64,000 bases of DNA, from NCBI RefSeq assembly GCF_022045235.1, contig NW_027266273.1:7564001-7628000 (forward strand), written 5' to 3'. Source of the DNA: Haliotis cracherodii. Lineage: Eukaryota. Shown piece after piece: positions 1-13,709 of this stretch (position 1 is the stretch's first letter; every line of letters begins with the position of its first letter). The translations under genes and the position numbers were made by a program. The notes under the pieces are model-generated. The model did no database searches. It was not told the DNA's origin and saw nothing but the letters and a program-made list of their open reading frames with translations.

Positions 1-1236
1 TCTTACCGAATCCTGATGAAGAATCACCGGCTGTGAAATGACAATCTGAACTATCGTTGGAAGTGTTTTTATTGCAAAGGATGAAGAATCTAGCCAAGCT
101 TATACCGATTAACATTCTAGCTGTATTACTCTAGGCTGGCGAGTTTCATTTTGTGATTAACTCTGTCTCAGAAAATATATCATTTTGATACACACAAACA
201 ACTGCATTTAAATTGAAAAGGAGCTCCAGTGAAATGGGAGATTCAGAACCTGAAGCTTTCGAAAATCTAGACTTACTTCATTTAGGGCTCTTGCATTACG
301 TAAAGACTGATCGGAGGGGGAAATAATATGGTTCAAGGCCTGTGAGACAGGCTACACCCGGTACGTATGTGTCCATTATACGCCGGATCACGGAACACGT
401 ACATCAAACGATACCATTGGATCCCTTTAAACTTAAGTATAGCATCTTTAAACTTTAGCTTATGGAATTGTTTTCGCATTCATAATGCTAAGTAGATAAG
501 TCACATTGGCATATTTCTCTATAGAGATGGTGATTTGCGTGGAAGTTTAAACGAAAAGGTCAGTTTTAACTATCCCAACTTCCTAGTGTTATGTAATACT
601 GATAAATTATTTTACTTTTTAAATACTATGTATACTTTACAGCCAAAACCTGCCTTTTACCTTTCCGACGAAGAAAAAATATTTCATATGGCTAGTGACC
701 GGTAGTATATTTTATATACTAATTTTACACTAATATATTTAGGCTATCCATACTGTGATATATTTTAAGTCTCTCGTAACCCTTAACAGGAGTTTCAGGT
801 ATATATATGTAAATATTTTTGTAGGATGACACTTAAATAAACAATCTGTCTGTCTGACGAAAATGTTTATTGTAAGCTGGTATTAGTAGTTTACACTAAT
901 CATGTAATTATGTCTCTATCGTGATTCTTGGCTACTGATAAACTGTAAAGTTTAAGATTCAATACAGAATTGCATTAAACGACAAAAGAAACCTTCAGGA
1001 CTTGACAAATATTTTTGGACATTAAAACTTAAATAAAAGCAATTAAAATCGACCAATGTGCTGATATTTGCCGGTACAAAATATGACTTGTAATACTAAG
1101 TACCATTCACTAAAAATGTAACCTGGCGAACATAAAAGCATACACCTGTGTTTGTTTGTGGCTTATAATGACACAAACAAGAAATGGTTCTTCGAAGGCG
1201 ATGGAGTTGATACGGGTATCATTGCATTAAGGGTTA

Positions 1237-1388
1237 GGGTGTTGGGGTAACCTAGTAGTCAAAGCGTCCGCTCTTCACGCCTAAGGCCAGGGTTCGATTC
1301 CTGACATGGGTACAGCGTGGGCAGTCCTTGTTTCCCTCGCCGTGATATTGCTGGAATGGTGCTAAAGCTGCTTAAAACCATACACACC
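1237..1388 (+). mobile_element. SINE family A, diverged copy
   Basis: A-box-like TAACCTAGTAG, B box GGTTCGATTCC, tail CGCCGTGATATTGCTGGAAT; aligns to the copy at 57521. Confidence 0.85.
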
Positions 1389-2101
1389 GATCCGGAATAT
1401 TTCATTTTTGCAACCTAAAATTCATATTTGCGTCAAACAAATAATTTATATGTTCTGACGGTACATTTTTTATTAATTTCAAAACTCAGTTCTAAAATGA
1501 CGTTTCTTTGTGAATGTCGGGGTCTACGTGGTGATTAAATGCAAGCAAAAACTAGTTTCTCGTGAACACACGAAGCGGTTCGTTGTTGTTGTTATTTTGT
1601 TTAACGGTAAATTGAAGTGGCTTTACCAATTTGCATAATAAACAAAACTCCCCTTATGCTTGTCTATATTCAAATGATAGTAATACAATATATAGGTTTG
1701 GTAACTTCTTGCATCCAAGTGGCGCTTTCCCGCTTTCAATTTTATAAAAATAGGCATTTTAGAAACAAATATGACGAAGAATCTACATATCGATCACTTA
1801 ATGACTCTGGGCTAAGTTGAACTAGCTAAAGGTATACTTTGTTTAATCATGGAGATCGCCATTTGGAAATGTATTCTTCTAGGAGTTGTGGCTATTCCAG
1901 CAATTTATATCAATTTGAGTTCTTTGTTCTTTAATGGGTGAAACACAAGAAATGCGGAAAACCCAAACCACGTATTTATTACAATAGGGGTATGAGACGC
2001 AACGCTTAAATCTAAAATAATGATTGATAATATTTTCTCAAATTACGCGGCATATTGGAGGAGAGACGTCGAATAACATATAACGTCTCTGATATAGGAT
2101 T

Positions 2102-2199
2102 ACACGTGTTGCCAAATTATGCTTCTTCAAACCGAGAAGGAAATATTTCAAGACGATTTTCCAATTTCTCTTGGGATCACCATTTGGCAACAACACGTG
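2102..2199. repeat. Imperfect fold-back (MITE remnant or hairpin)
   Basis: CACGTGTTGCCAAAT ... ATTTGGCAAC(AAC)ACGTG arms plus inner CCGAGAAGGAAAT/ATTTCTCTTGG pairing. Confidence 0.5.
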
Positions 2200-5100
2200 C
2201 AAATCATGCTGGCACGAGGTGTCACGTGACACGAACAAGAGGAGCGATAACCACTGGTTTCGTCTTCGTCTTCGGTCTATCTTCAGTGGATGAAACAGTC
2301 CAGATGAAGAAGCGGGAAAATTATCAGATTTAATAACGGTTTTTCTTTGTTCGTGAATTTTGTAATTTCTTTAACGATAGTGTGTTCATTTCACTATGTG
2401 ACAGGGGCCCCAGGCTACGAAACTAACCCTAGAATTTGCCGTTAACAGGATCACTTGCAGAGAAGGTGATCAGAAAATTGCAAACTTTTTTTAGTCAAGC
2501 TTGAGACTTCAATCACGTCCTAAATACCCGCATTTTAGGTAATTTGGCAATGCAATCTTTTAAGCGGCGTATCACGGTTGTCATTAAACATTTAAGAATG
2601 AAAACCCAAACCATATGAGGTGATATATTATGTATCATGCGCTCCTCAAAAACTCCACAAGCCTATTCGTGTACAGATTACTTATATTATAGACAACAAC
2701 GGTCGTATTTACTCGGCTCCGCAAATTATGGCTTAATAATGGAAATAACCGACCAAACAGGCGCTTTGAAATTGTGGTTTTCAAATGGGCGTTGTGTGTA
2801 TAATATCATCACGGTGCATACTTACGTTTTATTTAAACAAGTGTATGTGGAAGGACAATACATATTGGTTGCTATCAATAACAAGTGAAAAATAGTTTCC
2901 AGGTTTTAATTTCTGATTTTTGCATTTGAAGACTGCATAGCTCATAACATATATTTCCGTTCCTTGTGTGTATTGTAATTTTGGACAATTTATTGCTCTA
3001 AGCTTATCTTATTCGTTCATCTATTACTATTTTGTGTCTCATTTTTTATATTGTTCATTATTTCTTTGCGTATTCTATAGCATTCAGTGTTTCCAGAAAC
3101 ACGTGCTAATGATCTGGTCGGAATCTCCACTGGGATCTGCCTTCAACAGAGATTTCTTATGATTTCTGGTAATGGGTTTGTTGCTTCTATTCATAATTAT
3201 GCTTCTCCGATGTATTCATATGAAAGAATTTGATTTATATATGATTATGTCATGGTGGTGTGTTTTCTTGTAATTTTGTTTTTTGTTCGTCGATGGTTTG
3301 TTTTTTCCTCTGTACTCTCCTACCCCGAGGTCATACAGAGCAGCGTAGTATATTCCTAAGACTATCGTTCACTGTCAGCCTAGGGACGTATTTACCAACT
3401 GTTCAGGTAACCGAAATCCACGTCCACGATCGTATTCCCCCGACAACTTGTGATGTTGTTTCTTTTCAAAAGGTTACATCGAGCTAAACACTGCAAGCTA
3501 ATAGTGTTATCATAGAGAATTTGCCCATTTTAATTGTCACCCTCTCTGATTTAAAGACAGGACAACATGAAAGTAAGCACAGTATCAAATTCATGTTGTC
3601 AGCTTTCAACTCCTTTGTTGCGGAAATTTAAATCTGTATCAAACGCTACGGCAAATTAGCTTATTTAGCCCACGAGTTTTTCATTAGCGGGGTTACCTCC
3701 CCTTTGACCGGGCCTATCTTGTAACGTTAGTCATGGGCCCGCGGTAATCGTTTCTCTCTGTGGAACTGATAAATGTTGCTGGGTAAATGAACCGATCAAG
3801 CTTTACCCTAATGCACATGAGCTCAATTTTCTAATTTATTGAAAACACTGGTTTCAGAGCATTTAACCCCGTCGCTAAATCACGATGTCAGTTAGTAACT
3901 TAGAAAAGTGTTAATTTGGGAGCGAAATTCTCGGTCTGAGATACATAAAACATTGAAGCAGACAGCTGCCTTGACGGGGGAGTGGGGTGTAATTACCATC
4001 AGTGATGCTACGCGAATTCAAGTCGCGGTCCTGGGCTGACACGCGCATTTTGTGCCCTCTAGTGACAACAAAAAGCATGCATCCATACCTCATCTTGTAG
4101 TTCCTTTACCCCTCGCTGTGTGTCGTCGGGAACTGCCCCTTTAATGAGCGGGTAGCGGGTGTGTATTACACATAAAAATATCCTGTCGGACTAAGATATG
4201 AATGAAATTAGGAATCACAGATCCAATCAATTTAAATTTCCACAATATACCCTGTCGGACACGAGGTTAAATTAGCTTCTCGCGATAAAATTGATAGCCA
4301 TTCACACCTGTCCAGTTTTGTGAAATGAAAGGATGCTGAGGGGGGATTTGGGAAAGGGATTTGTGGAAATGTTCAATTTGAAATGTGTATTAAAGTTTAC
4401 CTCTGACACACTGTGTATCAGTTTGGGGATAAGCGTGATGGGAACAAATACCTTAATATTTCATAACAACATTATGTATTCTGATTGAAAATATATTAAG
4501 AAAAAATATATGAATGTGAACCTTTTCCATGTAAAAATAAAATACGCGCTTGTCAAAATAAAATTGAATAAAAGACAAATAAAACTCTTATAATTGCAAC
4601 AAAAAAACGAATTAGAAATAAACAAACGACAATAAAGACGTAAATTTTACTTGCGTCGGGTAAGCATTTTAATACTTGTACTAAAATGGGCGACGTAAAA
4701 TGTTTAAAGGAAAAGCTTTTGTTTCCTTATACAGAACCATGGGATGATATTCACCCCATGGTAGAGAAGCTAAATATGATTATATGTGTCTTATAAAACA
4801 GCTGTAGCAATAAACGCGGCAATTACAGGTAGGAAATGGTGAGGCAGAGGAATATGTTGGTCGACAGGAAAGATACAAAAAATAAAAGATAATCATTTTA
4901 AACGTAATGTAATTTTTGTTAAATATTGTTATATTATTATGGAAAATAAGTATACAGCTGACAACTAGCTCTTTTCATCTTACACTTGTAAAGTAAACGT
5001 TTATGACGGAAAGACGTAAAGGGGTAAGACTTAAACGAGTAACGTAGAGTAGATTTCTCGAGCTATGAGAAAGACAAAGATGAAATGTTTACCTGACGTT

Positions 5101-6413
5101 TTTCTTGTGTACATTTCCTTAAACAAATCACCTTGTGATAAAAATGTGCTTAAGTTCTCTCTGAATTTAGAACCAGCCTTTTGAAATGTTTCAGTGTTAC
5201 CTCTACGTGAGGAGGTTTTGAAAAGAGCAAAGTCGTGTTCTCCTACTTGGAACAGACCTGATCACATCCACAGCAATTTTTGAACATTTTTCTCACATCT
5301 TGAATTATGCAGACTTTGTGGTGCACAAGTTGGGGCCTTGTGATAACTGTGATTTAGAAATAGTTTTCTTTCAAGAATGCCTCGAGGAAAATAACCAAAC
5401 CTAATGTATCATTCATCACATACATGATAATGAGGTAAGAAGGTGCATTTGCATAAATCCTAATGTCATCAGCTGAACTTCTACTATTCTCTGTTTAGTG
5501 AGAGCCTGGTAAGGTTATTCAGCCAACACCTCAAACAATGAGAACGAAATCTAAATTGCTATGGAAAATGTTACACACAAAAAAAACTAGGTTTACAAAT
5601 CTTAGACAAATTCCCTTTTAAATATAATTTTGATGTTTTGTGTGAAGTAATGTAGATATTAAAATTAAATCCTGTCACTATATGGCATAAATAACGCTGA
5701 TGCGACGTAAAACGTTAACTCTCTTAAACAAGTATTTTCATAACAGACATAAGCCACGTATCGCGACAAAAACAACACATATAATGCCGTTGTCAATAAA
5801 TCTCTTAAAACATATGAACACAAAAGAACATCCGAACATCATGCCTGTTAGTTATACAATGTTTTGAATAAACGATTATTTTATTTTAACGTCCAAATAT
5901 ATTCAGGTACTAATACTTTTTAAAAATATAGGATATGTTCTTTTAAATCCATGCATCCTTATATAAATAATGTCATTCTCTCCAAAGAATTCCTTTGACA
6001 GTACAAGCGGTATATCAAGCGAGCCACAATACGGGGTTTCATCTTGTCGTTGTTGTGGAGCCGTAGGTACGCTTGTGGAGAGATGTCTTGTGTTCGTCGT
6101 CAAAGGGAAGAGGCTGTGAGAGGAAGGAAGGGGTTGGAGGGGGAGGGATGGAGAGGGTGTTAACGCTCAGGGGAGGGTCGGGAGGGTGGTCGTGAAGGGG
6201 TAAGTGGTAGTTGAGAAGGGGGAATAAGGTAGGGGCTGTAAAGGGTGTTCCGGGGGTTGGACAGGGTGTTCCGGGGGCCGGCAATAGCAGTATGAGAGTC
6301 ACAAGGGGTTGAAATTAGTTTAGCCATGGTCTTGTTGATAGCCTAATATGCATTTAACATGTCCACAAACCATTCACAGAAGCCTAACTCGGTGTGAGTA
6401 TTATTCGTACACA

Positions 6414-6629
6414 CGGTGGTGGTGAAATGGGGTTTTACGTCGCGTCCAAGATTATTGTATTTATACAGCGACGTACGTGCACGTGTGTGTGTGGTGCTTG
6501 TACTAGACCAGACTAATGCCGATTTTATAGTGCAAGCCCATTGAGATACCATGCCGCAGTTTAACATGAATACCTCACTCGGATACAGCATACAGATTCC
6601 GAGCCGACCAGTCCTTTACGGAGGCGGTC
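6414..6629 (-). mobile_element. SINE family B with internal deletion
   Basis: Tail and 3' body match 59661-60010 and are fused directly to the first 12 nt of the head; TSD TCGTACACA at 6405-6413 and 6631-6639. Confidence 0.9.
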
Positions 6630-6665
6630 CTCGTACACAAATAAAGTACAATGTAAATGTATGTA

Positions 6666-6833
6666 CAGTGCAACCCCATTAATCCGTACGGTATCGTTAC
6701 TAGTAAAAAATGTTCGGATTAAACACAATCATGTTGACCATTGTTGGGGAATGACGTTGTTTGGGCACACGCAACCGTCCCTTACAGTTGTAAGCCCCCA
6801 AAACAGGGTTTCCAGATTAAAGAAGCTCCGTTG
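6666..6833. mobile_element. Decayed pogo/Tigger-like MITE
   Basis: TA-CAGTG...TTG-TA ends, weak TIRs, internal TTAATCCG/CGGATTAA subrepeats as in the element at 30895. Confidence 0.4.
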
Positions 6834-7829
6834 TACCAATACTAACACGCCACAACTTCAAATAACATGTGCACATATGGTGGAAAACGGCCATTTGATC
6901 AGCTTTAATTCAAGGTACGTTTTATTCAAAAAGAAAAGAAAGGAAAAACACCTTGCAACAATGATTTCTTTTCTTTTTTTGATAAAATGCCAAGGCTACG
7001 ATGGGCGATTTGTTAGTGACGGGATCTATTCTAGGTCTCTAGGTGAAATGGGACAAGGGCCTCCGAAAAAAATCACCCACAACACATTATTTTTTCAGGA
7101 CATACAGAATGTTCAACAAACAATTTATGATTGGGGGTAAAACATGAGGACAAATGATACTGTTTTGTGAAACAATGTGGGTTTTTTATCTTTGAGATAC
7201 CTATAAGGCATTGGTGATAAAAATCCATTTGTTTATGTGTATAAACGACACTGTGTGGTGACCTTTAACCTTTATCGATGGCCAAAACATCGATCACTGG
7301 CTATGTGAGATAAGTCAAGTATTTTGTTCGTGAAATACCATGAAAACATAAGTCACCATGCAAACACGTCTTTCCTCAACATGCACGGTTGTACGTGTCA
7401 GCTGCTAGGTCGCCCCAGCCGTCTCAAGTGGCTCAACGGGCCTTTAATCCGAATTTCGTTTTATCTGTTGACTGTATTTTGTTGACAAATGATGAGGATG
7501 GGGATGTAACGAAATAGCGAATTTCCTGTAAGTATGGTGAGTACACTGTTGTGAATATAATAGAACGCATTGTTGTTGGAAACTGATTTTGACACGCAGG
7601 TCTACTGATACAAATATATCAACTACAGCCCATGCAAGTCTATACTGTTTGGCAAGTCTAGATTACTGCAGTATCTGAAAATGAACAGAATCACTGGGCT
7701 CCCTTTTTATTATATTTTTATTAAGATAACTGAACAACTGTTTTTTCTGTACGATATGTTCATTTCAGATGTTAGTCAAGTCTGCTGTAAGACTGGACAA
7801 GTTTATAAGACTTAGAATCTAAGACAGGT

Positions 7830-8160
7830 TGCGTTCTCTGATGTCCTCACCGCCGACCATTGCATATCATCTCGTTCTCTTACATCCTCCTCTCTCTTTC
7901 TGTTATTCACTCGTGGTCCTTATTTCTCATTTTCTTTATCTCTTCCTTTCTTTATCACCTTTCTTTCACAAGGATACTTTAGTCTCCTCTTTCTCCTCTT
8001 CACTCGCATCTTCCCGAGACAAGGGAGATAACTGACTATAGGGAAGATGCTCCGCTCGCTTTCTCTCGTTTCTCACTCTCATTTCTCGCACTTTATCGTA
8101 CCACCCTTTGTAACTCCCTCGTTCCACCTTCTACCCCCTTCGTTACATCATCCTCTCTCT

Positions 8161-8204
<44 letters not shown>

Positions 8205-8320
8205 ACCCTTTGTTACTCTCTAGTTCTACCTTCTACCCCCTTCTTGCACACACACGTTCTCTCTCTCTCCCTCTCTCTCTCTCTCTATCTCTCTCTCTCT
8301 ATCTGTCTCTCTCTCTCCCC
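7830..8320. repeat. Polypyrimidine tract with (CT)n microsatellites
   Basis: Strongly C/T-skewed + strand; (CT)n runs at about 8169-8200 and 8258-8317. Confidence 0.95.
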
Positions 8321-10594
8321 TGTGGGAATGTCGACTACAGGAAATGATCTCACAGTCAGAAATTCCCACTGTCAAAGGTCACTGATTAAATCAGGAGACC
8401 TGTCCACGTTGGATTGAGTGGGGTGGGTAGGCGATCAAATAATCAAAAACCCTACCTGCCGAGCGATCTGGCGCTAAGCTAAATTACCTGTGATTTGACG
8501 GTAAACTTTTCGCTCTTGTAATCCAAAATGGGTTATAATTCACAACGTTGGGGGACACCGCATGTGAAACATGACACGCCCCGTCTCAGTAGCCACGACA
8601 TGATAGAGAGATACGCCGACAGGAAATGTTATCAAAATTGAGGTCTTGAAACGAAACTAACTGTCAGCCATTCTTACCAGGAGCGACGCCTGTGTGGCGT
8701 TAATTAACATTTACACTGCCATCTTGTTACCGCAACACGGAGGGGTCAGACAGGGTAACGTGACACCCAATTCCGACACTGCCTTTCGGAGGTGAGATTT
8801 ATTAAGGTAACACTACCGATACCCTGCGTTCTCGCTCGATAATAACGTCAGTACCAGATTGTGATGATCTTTGACCTGATAGATATCATCTCATGTCAAA
8901 TTAAAGTGCCATCGAGATTTGACTAGGAGTGGAATGCTAACTTATTTGAACAAAATAACCCTATTATCGTCAGTCATCATTTCCGCGCGCCGTCCACATA
9001 TCAGCCTGGCAAATATCTCTTTCTACATACTTGTATCAAATAAGAGACGATTTTGATATAAATATATATGTTTGAATAAAAAAGCGGTTAATTTCAAAAT
9101 GTTTTCAAACGTCTTTTCCTTCAATAATAAACAATGATTATTACATATTTACATATGTGATAGATATTTGTGTAAAAAACGTTTAGTGAACCTTAACATG
9201 TATATAGCGAGGATTTGCAGTACTTTGATGACGTTTTACGTTAAGATTGAAACGGCATGGTAAGACTCACGCTTTCGTAACAAACGTTGTTTTTCTCAAT
9301 CCTCTTTTAAAGCAAAAAACAGATTGACATACTTCAAATATACACGGCTCCACTTCTGACAAATTACATTGAATTGACCCACTTCAACATTTCATTATCC
9401 AAACGTTTTCGCAAATGGTACCATTATTACGCCCGAAAAAAAGCAAGAAACATTCTTTAACACCTTATTCGAAAGATATCTAAATGTTCTTTGTTTCTGG
9501 ATTATATATCACTCTGCTACAAAACACACAAAAACACACAAAAAAACCGATCCCAATTTCTCGAAAATAAAAACAACCTGCGCTCTCCCATATTTAACAA
9601 TTTTCAAAATTCCAACGTCAGTGTCCGTTCTTTATATCCCTTAACACACTGAAGCAGAAATTCAATTTATAGGTTTCAAAAGACAACGAAGTACACGGGC
9701 GTTACGAGACTATCGGCTTCTGTTTCACCCTGCCTTGTAGTGGGCCACCCTTTCACACATATTAACATATCGTTAGTAGCTAAAGTGATTTTCAAAGTTT
9801 AATGAGATGCTTCGGTATTATCCGAGAGGATCCAAGTTGTGAAATAAGAGAGAAATACAACGTCAGGGGCCAGTAGGGATCACCTCGCTACCCTAGGACG
9901 GATGAGACCCGAGGACTGTGAGCTTGTCGCATTCATCATTCTCTGCCCGGGGCGGCAAATTAAACACATCGGAAGAATGGGGAAAACTAAGACGGGTATT
10001 CTCATCCCCTATGCCTCTATTTACTGTAACCCGCGGGGAACACGGTCTATTTCTTTGCGCGCACGTGACCCGTGGTGAAACCGCACAGGCGCATTAATCT
10101 CTTGCTGTGAAGAGGCGAAATGCGAGAGAAGCTGGGGTGAAATAGCCACGTAATTCGATTTTGTATTAAACCTCATCAGCTTCTTGTTGTGGGACTCGAG
10201 TTCTACCCCCCATCCCCTCCCCCTCCGAGTTCATCCCTTTACCCCCAGGGGGGAGATCTCTGTCGACGCCAGTACTCATGCTGCGTTTTGGCGATTGAAC
10301 TTGTGTCCCATATTTTTGGGGTTCTTGACAGCATGTTTTCATAACGTTTATATGTACATATATCTTTGTACTAAATTTTGTTTTCCGATAGAGCGACTTT
10401 ATGCGTATCGGGTGCCAACAGATCCACAGTACTAATATTTGTATTATTTGATGGAGAATAGTAATGTCCGTAGCAACTACTCTAAAGGTTTGAGGACATG
10501 TAAGAAGTATTTGAAAAGTTTATAATTAATTCAGTGTGCGCGTGTGTACGTGTGTGTGTGGCATGTGCAGGGTTTGTGTCTGCGGTGTGTGTGA

Positions 10595-10833
10595 NNNNNN
10601 NNNNNNNNNNNNNNNNNNNNNNNNNNNNNNNNNNNNNNNNNNNNNNNNNNNNNNNNNNNNNNNNNNNNNNNNNNNNNNNNNNNNNNNNNNNNNNNNNNNN
10701 NNNNNNNNNNNNNNNNNNNNNNNNNNNNNNNNNNNNNNNNNNNNNNNNNNNNNNNNNNNNNNNNNNNNNNNNNNNNNNNNNNNNNNNNNNNNNNNNNNNN
10801 NNNNNNNNNNNNNNNNNNNNNNNNNNNNNNNNN
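10595..10833. other. Assembly gap after (GT)n
   Basis: N run. Confidence 1.
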
Positions 10834-10849
10834 CTATCGAATATCAATC

Positions 10850-11330
10850 ACTATCGATCCCACCGGTGGCACCCGTCACAACACATGCAAAGGCAAGTCA
10901 AGCCTGCACAACTAACAAAACACAGGAACATATGGTACAAGAACAAATAAGGACAGATGCGTCATATTTGGAGATGTCAACAATAAAACGTTTTGGAAGT
11001 TTTACTGAAGCCTACATTGATGCTATGAGCTACTTGAATATTTCTCGACATGAAGGGAAAGTTGACTATTATATGTATGATAGTTATGTCTTTACCTGCA
11101 GTCTTGTGGGAAGTCTGTTTTTTCTGAATATTTATGCACAGATCTTACCATGAAACAGATGAGGCCGTTCGCTGGTCTTTTTATTTCTGGCTCCGGTGGG
11201 TAAATCAGTCGGAGGAAATTGGCTACTTGACCATTACTGAACGATATCAGATCATCGAAATAACTGAAGCTCAGGTTAAACTTCTTGGCCAAATTCCCTT
11301 GGTTTGATTTTGCCAATACAATCATAATCA
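10850..11330 (-). pseudogene. Decayed Penelope-like reverse transcriptase fragment
   Basis: Minus-strand peptides LAKKFNLSFSYFDDLISF (YxDD catalytic motif), IYPPEPEIK and IVNFPFMSRNI match Penelope-like RT domain 5 to thumb; frameshifted. Confidence 0.8.
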
Positions 11331-12364
11331 GTGGTAGTACCACTCAGATTACCTGGAAAAGGTTCCATATAGCATTTCTTGTGTCTCGAGTCATTATTCA
11401 ATCTAAATCCAGGTTTGAAGTGAGGTGAAATGTGTCTTGTGTAGTATGCACATGGCAGCCCAGCATGAAATGAACGATCAGTTGAGTTACCAAAACATTC
11501 ACCAATGGATTAACCGAAAATACGTTGATTGATTATTCTCTGTTATCTTGCACAGTGGATTTGTCAAATGCAAGGGTTTACATGTGTCTAAAGCAGGCCC
11601 CAATCCATACCTGGGCGTGAAGTGCCTAGGTACAAACATATTTTGTTCAAAGGATTAGCCGATAATACGTTGTTTGATTGCTCATTGTTATCTAACTCAA
11701 TTGATTTTTTCCGTGAACATCATAAAAATAGTTGTCACGTGTCCTATCCACACCTGTGTGAAACATATGAAACAAACTTAGTGATCAAACCTAGAGAGAC
11801 GAACACAGTTTTAATATCCAGAAACGCAATTATATATGTTTAAATATTAGATTGTTACAAAGACACATGGCATCAAACAAGTGTATTTGTACAGCTGTAG
11901 ACTGTATAGGATTTTGTCCCTATATGTGGATAATCACGTACACATTCCTCGAACAAGGTAGCTGCCTAATATTGTACATATAAGTTTGCACTTTGTTGCC
12001 ATTCATTTGCTGTCGCATTGACTGAATCATTCGTTTTCGTTGGGAAGTTCTTCGATGCGAGACAGACAACATTAAGTTTGCACAAGCCTTTTCGTTTGTA
12101 GGCGTGTATATGACAGTCAATATGTAAAATGTGGTTCACTCAGGCCATTTATAAAATGACTTAATAGTCCAGTCATTTTACAAATTTACTGAAAAATCTG
12201 TCTATTTATGTAACAGACTGTCTCAAAATTATTTAGAAGTGTAAAAGGGCTTAAGACATCACACTTGACTAATTACGTTAAGATTAGAAGCCAAAGAACA
12301 TAAACATGTACTTTGGTTTTCAGTTTCCTTTTATCCTATTATTTTCAGTCACTGGGTGATGAAA

Positions 12365-13700
12365 TTAACCACCAACATGTTTGAACGACACATTCCCCAC
12401 CACTGGCCACCGGAACGGCCCAACGGAGCTCCTAAAACATCTCAGCGCCCAGCATCAGAGAATCCAGTTCACCATGGAGACCGAAACCATTTAACACCCT
12501 CCCCTTCCTAGAACGTTCCAAACCGCAGATGATGGACTAAGAACATCAGTTTACAGCAAGCCTACACACACAGACCGGTACATCCACTACAACACCTGCC
12601 ACCATTCCCAGATAAAACAAGCCATCGTCGCCCGCCTCACCCGACTTGCCAAATGCATTTGCCATCCTGATCCCCTCAGCAGTGAACTGGACCATCGCAA
12701 GAAAACCTCCACTTCCCTCAACGGTTACCCTGCCCACCTAGTCTCCAAAGCAATCCGCAAAACCCTTAAGAACTCCGAAACCCAGACCGCAATCTACCCC
12801 ATCGCCCTTCAGAATCACCATACCCTACCAAAGCCCTGTCAGTCATCAGATTTCCCGCCTCATCGAGAACAATGCCAACATAGATGTCTCCTTTTCTACC
12901 GGCAAAACCATCAAGACCCATCTGCGAGCCAATTGCAGAGGCACCAGCAGCGCAAATCCCAACCCCAGAGGAGGTAGATACCAGATCCTCTGCAACTGTG
13001 ACCACCAATACATTGGAAAAACCCTCAGACCTCCTAGCACTAGACTCATTGAACATCAGACCTCTTTCAACAAACTAGACCTAAAATCCGCTATTTCCAT
13101 GCACATCCTCAAGAACCAAAACTATAACATCATGTGGGAAGCCACAAAGTCGTGCCCACCACCAACATCAGGCGTTAAGAAAACTACAAGAAGCCATTGA
13201 CATCAGCAGACACCAGCCAGCCATGAACCGTGATCACGTAACCTGTCTGCCATGAACCTCTTACTTTGATTATTGTCTGTGCTAATTATCATCTGGCTTT
13301 CATTTGTCCATTTGTCCATTTCCAATGCTAACACCCATCAGTGCTAAATACGCCCTGCCTCCCGTTTGCTCATTGCCTATCACCAATCAGTGATCACACA
13401 AGTCCTGGCTCCTAGTTATCAATCGCTATCACCTGTCAACGCTAATTAACTGGTAAGTGTTGGCTTCCATTTCTCCATTGCTAATCACCTATCAGCACCA
13501 ATTATCTGTTGGCTTCCCTTGTTAAGTGTCCACCGTTGTTTTCTTACACTTGTTTTTGTCCTTACATGTAAATATATATGTTCTCTGCCTCATGGCATTC
13601 ATTCACCTGATGAAGGAGTAAGCATATACTCTAAAACGTTGTGTTCCTCATAATTAAGAAGCTGACATCAATACATTCTCCTCCTTACGCGTATGACTTC
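12365..13700 (+). mobile_element. Decayed 5'-truncated Penelope-like element (RT C-terminus + GIY-YIG + pLTR-type 3' region)
   Basis: Peptides NDTF, HQRIQFTME, SVYSKPTHTDRYIHYNTCHH, NGYP, ITIPY, GRYQILCNCDHQYIGKT, RLIEH, SAISMH (about 12377-13240, with stops and frameshifts); TATA-like and hammerhead motif downstream. Confidence 0.93.
13600..13645 (+). ncRNA. Degenerate minimal hammerhead ribozyme of the Penelope element
   Basis: CTGATGA-A-GGAGTA-agcata-TACTCT-AAAA-CGTT; canonical core CUGAUGA-stemII-GAAA with CG changed to TA, destroying G12. Confidence 0.7.
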
Positions 13701-13709
13701 TAAATGAGA

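Noticed and set aside
13-45. Hammerhead core CTGATGA...GAAA at window start
   Set aside because: No stem II closing directly onto GAAA, and stem I/III partners cannot be established
6661-7140. 159-aa ORF, the longest gap-free ORF
   Set aside because: Starts inside a MITE remnant; no recognisable domain or codon signature
7255-7360. Helitron-related GTGACCTTGACCTT repeat (also about 58675)
   Set aside because: Only a short degenerate motif; no termini found
10482-11153. Long ORFs across N runs (also near 38377-38835, 46619-47189, 49768-49980)
   Set aside because: Artefacts of translating assembly gaps and microsatellites
12140-12192. AT-rich hairpin as pre-miRNA (also 4736-4762, 47956-47975)
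   Set aside because: No match to conserved miRNAs I recall; too AT-rich or too short; cannot be supported without small-RNA data
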